DNA from: an uncultured Bacteroidales bacterium
GTDB taxonomy: Bacteria; Bacteroidota; Bacteroidia; Bacteroidales; UBA12077
Length of the DNA stretch: 51,965 nt
NCBI GenBank assembly: GCA_964399175.1
Contig: CAYNPZ010000002.1
Coordinates: 1 to 51,965 of the forward strand
Direction: 5' to 3'
Shown here: positions 46,185 through 51,965 of the stretch, piece by piece
How the letters are laid out: each line of letters starts with the position of its first letter
Numbering within the stretch: the stretch's first letter is position 1
Translations under genes and position numbers: made by a program
The notes under the pieces: model-generated
Told to the model about the DNA's origin: nothing
Seen by the model: the letters and a program-made list of their open reading frames with translations, nothing else
Database searches by the model: none

Positions 46185-47069
46185 TCATTTAAGATTGTCA
46201 ATCATTTCTTTCAGTTCATTTTCCAATTCTTTGCTAACAGGCACCAAGGGCAGCCTCAGATTATTTTCTATAATTCCTTTAAGATTTAATGCACATTTTA
46301 TGCCAGCCGGGTTGCCCTCAGCAAATAATTTTTCTATGATGGGGAACATTTTGTAATGAATTTCCTGGGCTGACTGAAAATCATTCTTCCGGGCATAATT
46401 GATCATGGTTGACCACTCTTTTGGAAAAGCATTTCCCAGCACCGAAATAATCCCTTCTATTCCAATGGACATCAAAGGGAGGGTTATACCGTCTTCACCT
46501 GAAACCACGGCAAAATCCTCTGGCTTATTCTGAATAATGTGCATGGCCTGAGTGAAACTGCCGGAAGCCTCTTTCACGCCCACAATGTTGTCAAAATCTT
46601 TAGCCAGCTGCACGATGGTTTCCGGGGCTATGTTTTTACCAGTTCGACCGGGGACATTATACAATATGACCGGGACCGGGCTTTTTTCGGCAATGACTTT
46701 GAAATGCTGATATAGTCCCCTTTGTGTAGGTTTGTTGTAATATGGGGCTACAGACAGAATTCCGTCAATACCTTTGAAATCGGTTTTTTCTATTTTCTCG
46801 AGGATGGCTGCTGTGTTGTTTCCGCCTATTCCGAGGACAAAAGGCAACGTTCCCTGGTTTGCCTCTTTAACGGTATTTACAACAGCTTTCTTTTCATCAT
46901 CGAAAAGTGTAACTGATTCTCCGGTAGTTCCAAGAATGACCAGAAAATCAATACCGCCATCCCGGAGAAATTGGATGTGTTTCTTTAATGACTCGTGATC
47001 AATTGAATGATCACTTGTGAAGGGTGTGGTTACTGCGACACCGGTTCCAACAAACTTCTGGGTAGACAT
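46185..47069 (-). CDS. dapA: 4-hydroxy-tetrahydrodipicolinate synthase
   Basis: GTGVAVTTPF, GTTGES, YNVPGRTG and the active-site Lys context IVGVKEASG. Confidence 0.92.
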   Translation of the reverse strand: MSTQKFVGTGVAVTTPFTSDHSIDHESLKKHIQFLRDGGIDFLVILGTTGESVTLFDDEKKAVVNTVKEANQGTLPFVLGIGGNNTAAILEKIEKTDFKGIDGILSVAPYYNKPTQRGLYQHFKVIAEKSPVPVILYNVPGRTGKNIAPETIVQLAKDFDNIVGVKEASGSFTQAMHIIQNKPEDFAVVSGEDGITLPLMSIGIEGIISVLGNAFPKEWSTMINYARKNDFQSAQEIHYKMFPIIEKLFAEGNPAGIKCALNLKGIIENNLRLPLVPVSKELENELKEMIDNLK

Positions 47070-47073
47070 AGCA

Positions 47074-47613
47074 TTACTCCTCTTTATTGATTTGACTTAT
47101 GTAATGTTTTATCTGATCTATAAAATACTGAATATCTCGTTCCTCATTTATGCGAAACATCATGTCGTGCTCCTTGCCCAAATTTGTTTCTATCCCAATC
47201 TTAAACCGCGCGCGGGAAAGATTATTTACATACCTTGTCGGAAACTGATCTGGCGGAGAAAGGTCGAATAGGATGTCAAAATGTTTCGTTGTAAATTTTT
47301 CAATCATGGGATCTTTTGGGATGTAAAGCCAGTTTAAATCTTTGGATGTAAAAATGTTAATCCGGCTTACACCGATATAATTATCCGGAATTTCTTTATA
47401 GGGGCAATAAGCGAGGGTAAAGGTCTGAAGTTTTTTACTGGCAAGAAAATCCAGAAAATCTTTAACGATTTTAAAGGAGTGATTCTGATCCAGGGAAAAC
47501 AATACCCCCACCGTTTTTGCGGTATCGAAGTTGAATACTGTTTTCCTTCTTTTAATTGCCTTTTGTCTTCTTTTCAGGAGCCAGTTGGCCAGCTTTAACT
47601 TTATCTTTTTCAA
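47074..47613 (-). CDS. Hypothetical protein (basic N-terminus), between ligA and dapA
   Basis: 179 aa ORF packed 4 nt from the dapA start. No motif recognised. Confidence 0.5.
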   Translation of the reverse strand: MKKIKLKLANWLLKRRQKAIKRRKTVFNFDTAKTVGVLFSLDQNHSFKIVKDFLDFLASKKLQTFTLAYCPYKEIPDNYIGVSRINIFTSKDLNWLYIPKDPMIEKFTTKHFDILFDLSPPDQFPTRYVNNLSRARFKIGIETNLGKEHDMMFRINEERDIQYFIDQIKHYISQINKEE

Positions 47614-47673
47614 AACGTTTAATTTCTGAATGAAAATTTAACAGGTACCAAATATATACATTTTCTCAGAAGA

Positions 47674-49758
<2,085 letters not shown>

Positions 49759-49783
49759 TTATGCTGAACATTATAAATAAAAT

Positions 49784-49833
49784 AAGAGGGTATTCAAAAA
49801 AAATGACTATGTGGTTTTTTTGAACACCCTCTT
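49784..49833. terminator. Long hairpin (about 19 bp stem) flanked by A/T runs, downstream of the PEBP gene
   Basis: AAGAGGGTATTCAAAAAAA pairs with TTTTTTTGAACACCCTCTT with 1 mismatch. Confidence 0.65.
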
Positions 49834-49854
49834 CAAATGGTTTTCCGGCAATGA

Positions 49855-50412
49855 TTATTTTTCAAATTTGCCCATAAGTTCAGCCTTAGCTATGGTATGT
49901 TCTTCCACTTTTTTGTCGAATTCATCCATAGAACTGATACTTCCAAGGTTTTCAACATCCAGGGCATGAAGTCTGAAATAATACCTGTGTACTCCTGAAG
50001 GCGGACAGGGTCCCCCGTAATCCTCCTTTCCGAAGTTGTTTTCAACCTGCTTGCCGGGAACGGAGTTTTCCTCAATTTTCCTCAGATCCTTTTCGATGTC
50101 GTACACCAGCCAGTGAACAAATGTACCGATTGGAGCATCGGGATCTTTTATGCTCAGTGCGAAACTTTTGGTTCCTTCAGGAACATTCTCCCAACTGAGC
50201 TCGGGATTCACATCCTCACCTTTACAGGAATACTTTTTGGGAATAAATTCCTCATTCTTGAATGCCGAACTATACAGTTCCATAGTAATACCTCCTGATT
50301 TTTCTAATTTTTTGTTTTTTTGTTTGGTGAATGATTGCAATCCCACGATGGAAACGAGCAATATTAATCCAACCGTAATAATGAAATACCGTTGGACTTT
50401 ACTTTTTGTCAT
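49855..50412 (-). CDS. YbhB/YbcL-family (PEBP / Raf-kinase-inhibitor-like) protein with N-terminal membrane anchor or signal
   Basis: DPDAP...FVHW and GPCPP.G.HRY.F.L.ALD PEBP signatures. The ATG at 50412 is preferred. Confidence 0.8.
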   Translation of the reverse strand: MTKSKVQRYFIITVGLILLVSIVGLQSFTKQKNKKLEKSGGITMELYSSAFKNEEFIPKKYSCKGEDVNPELSWENVPEGTKSFALSIKDPDAPIGTFVHWLVYDIEKDLRKIEENSVPGKQVENNFGKEDYGGPCPPSGVHRYYFRLHALDVENLGSISSMDEFDKKVEEHTIAKAELMGKFEK

Positions 50413-50579
50413 TTCTTTAAAGGGAATTGATTTAATTTCAAAAATACATAAATTACTCAGATTTGTCAATACTCAAAAGCTATCAATATAGAGTTCGCAT
50501 TTAGGAATTTCATGCCTGCTTCATTTTTATTATATTTCCGTTTTAAAAGTTAATCAAGTTCAAAAAGATCCATGTTCAA

Positions 50580-51965
50580 ATGAAAGATATCAGTGAATTC
50601 AAGCGTCATGCCCATGAAATGGTCGAATGGATTGCCAGCTATTTTGAAGAAATTGAAAATTATCCGGTGAAGTCAAAGGTTAAGCCGGGGGAAATATATC
50701 AGGCTTTACCGGATCAAATGCCTGAAAAAGGTGAAAACCTGTCCCGGATGCTGGAAGATTTTGATAACATTATGATGAAGGGCATCACACACTGGCAAAG
50801 TCCGAAATTTTTCGCCTATTTTCCTGCCAATTCCAGCCTGCCCTCGTTGCTTGCTGAGATGATGACGGCGGCCATAGGGGCTCAGTGCATGAAATGGGAG
50901 ACATCACCCGCAGCAGCAGAACTTGAGGAAAAAGTTATGGACTGGCTGAAAATTGCTACCGGCCTTCCTGGCTATTTTCAGGGAACGATACAGGATTCGG
51001 CTTCAACATCCACCCTGGTTTCCCTGCTGACGGCACGGGAAAAATTCACGAATTTCCGAATCAATGAAGAGGGATTTAAAGATCACGGCCCTTTTCGGAT
51101 TTACTGCTCTGAAGAAACCCATTCTTCAATAGAAAAGGGAGTAAAGATTGCCGGATTCGGCAGAGAAAACCTTGTCAGGGTGGAGGTAGATGATCATTAC
51201 CGCCTCCATACCGGTAAACTGGAGGAAGCCATAGAACAGGACAGGCAAAACGGCCTGATTCCCCTGGCTATCATTGCCACTTTAGGCACTACGGGTTCAA
51301 CAGCTATAGATTCTTTGCCCGAAATTGCCCAAATCAGGAAGAAATACGGACTATGGCTTCATGTGGATGCTGCCTATGCAGGCTCAGCACTTATTCTACC
51401 TGAATACCAATGGATGATCAAGGGGGTGGAAGAAGCCGATACGTTCGTCTTTAACCCGCACAAATGGCTTTTTACCAATTTTGATTGCTCAGCTTATTTT
51501 GTAAAAGACAAACAGGCTCTTGTGAATACGTTTCAGCTTGTTCCCGAATACCTGAAAACCCGGTCGGATGAACAGGCCAACAATTATTCCGACTGGACCA
51601 TTCCGCTGGGAAGACGTTTCCGGGCCCTGAAACTGTGGTTTGTTCTGCGATATTATGGCCTGGAAAGATTACAGGAAAAACTCAGAGATCACATTGCCAT
51701 GGCCGGGGAGATGAAGCAATGGATCGAACACCATAAGGATTTTGAGATGCTTGCACCTGCAACCATGAATGTGCTGTGTTTTCGATATAATCCGGGAAAT
51801 ATAGGCTCTGAAAAAACGCTGAACCGGATGAATGAACAATTGCTTCATGAGATCAATGCCACCGGCGAAATATTTATGACCCATACCAAATTATCGGGTA
51901 AATATACCTTGCGGATGGTCATTGCCCAGACGGATGTGGAGAAAAAACATGTGGAAAAAGCATGG
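50580..51965 (+). CDS. Group II pyridoxal-phosphate-dependent aromatic-L-amino-acid decarboxylase-like enzyme (3' end beyond window)
   Basis: I translated this by hand. It is an open frame of 462 codons from the ATG at 50580 to the window edge. Motifs: HWQSPKFFAYFPANSS, LHVDAAYAGSA and NPHKWL (PLP lysine). It is absent from the ORF track because no stop lies inside the window. Confidence 0.85.
   Translation, partial: MKDISEFKRHAHEMVEWIASYFEEIENYPVKSKVKPGEIYQALPDQMPEKGENLSRMLEDFDNIMMKGITHWQSPKFFAYFPANSSLPSLLAEMMTAAIGAQCMKWETSPAAAELEEKVMDWLKIATGLPGYFQGTIQDSASTSTLVSLLTAREKFTNFRINEEGFKDHGPFRIYCSEETHSSIEKGVKIAGFGRENLVRVEVDDHYRLHTGKLEEAIEQDRQNGLIPLAIIATLGTTGSTAIDSLPEIAQIRKKYGLWLHVDAAYAGSALILPEYQWMIKGVEEADTFVFNPHKWLFTNFDCSAYFVKDKQALVNTFQLVPEYLKTRSDEQANNYSDWTIPLGRRFRALKLWFVLRYYGLERLQEKLRDHIAMAGEMKQWIEHHKDFEMLAPATMNVLCFRYNPGNIGSEKTLNRMNEQLLHEINATGEIFMTHTKLSGKYTLRMVIAQTDVEKKHVEKAW

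Overview
This 52 kb window looks like chromosome from an anaerobic Bacteroidota-type genome. Evidence: a type III glutamine synthetase, a T9SS C-terminal sorting domain, TPR-PD40-OmpA proteins, TAnnTTTG -7 promoter boxes, and almost no Shine-Dalgarno sites. I call about 45 protein genes and see no rRNA, tRNA or CRISPR.

Most of the window is housekeeping:
- glnN (GSIII) and a partial arginine cluster (argR, GNAT, argG, argE-like, argH)
- an orphan trpB, tilS, aroC, sucC, dapA and ligA
- peptidases of families M20, M3/Dcp, M49-like and a secreted C1 peptidase
- an Omp85-like protein, a split LysO exporter and an LpoB-type lipoprotein operon
- a group II PLP decarboxylase gene at 50580-51965 that runs off the 3' edge and is missing from the supplied ORF track

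The stand-out region is 28.0-36.7 kb. It holds a HydABC-type electron-bifurcating [FeFe]-hydrogenase operon (Cys-less thioredoxin-like ferredoxin paralogue, hydB, hydA, hydC). Directly upstream is a tightly packed six-gene signalling module: DRTGG, small GHKL ATPase, HydS-like degenerate [FeFe]-hydrogenase, DRTGG, PHP phosphoesterase, GHKL ATPase. The module has no recognisable DNA-binding or receiver output. Both operons carry the same roughly 60-75 bp promoter module with two tandem TGTTA-N6-TAACA palindromes that resemble clostridial-type Rex boxes.

Other points of interest:
- a 237 bp AT-rich long inverted repeat in a 534 bp non-coding gap
- a class III cyclase fused to an HD domain
- an orphan radical SAM enzyme
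- a shared putative ArgR operator
- two decayed genes (DUF3800 and DUF4861)

All family assignments come from reading motifs by eye. No searches were run.
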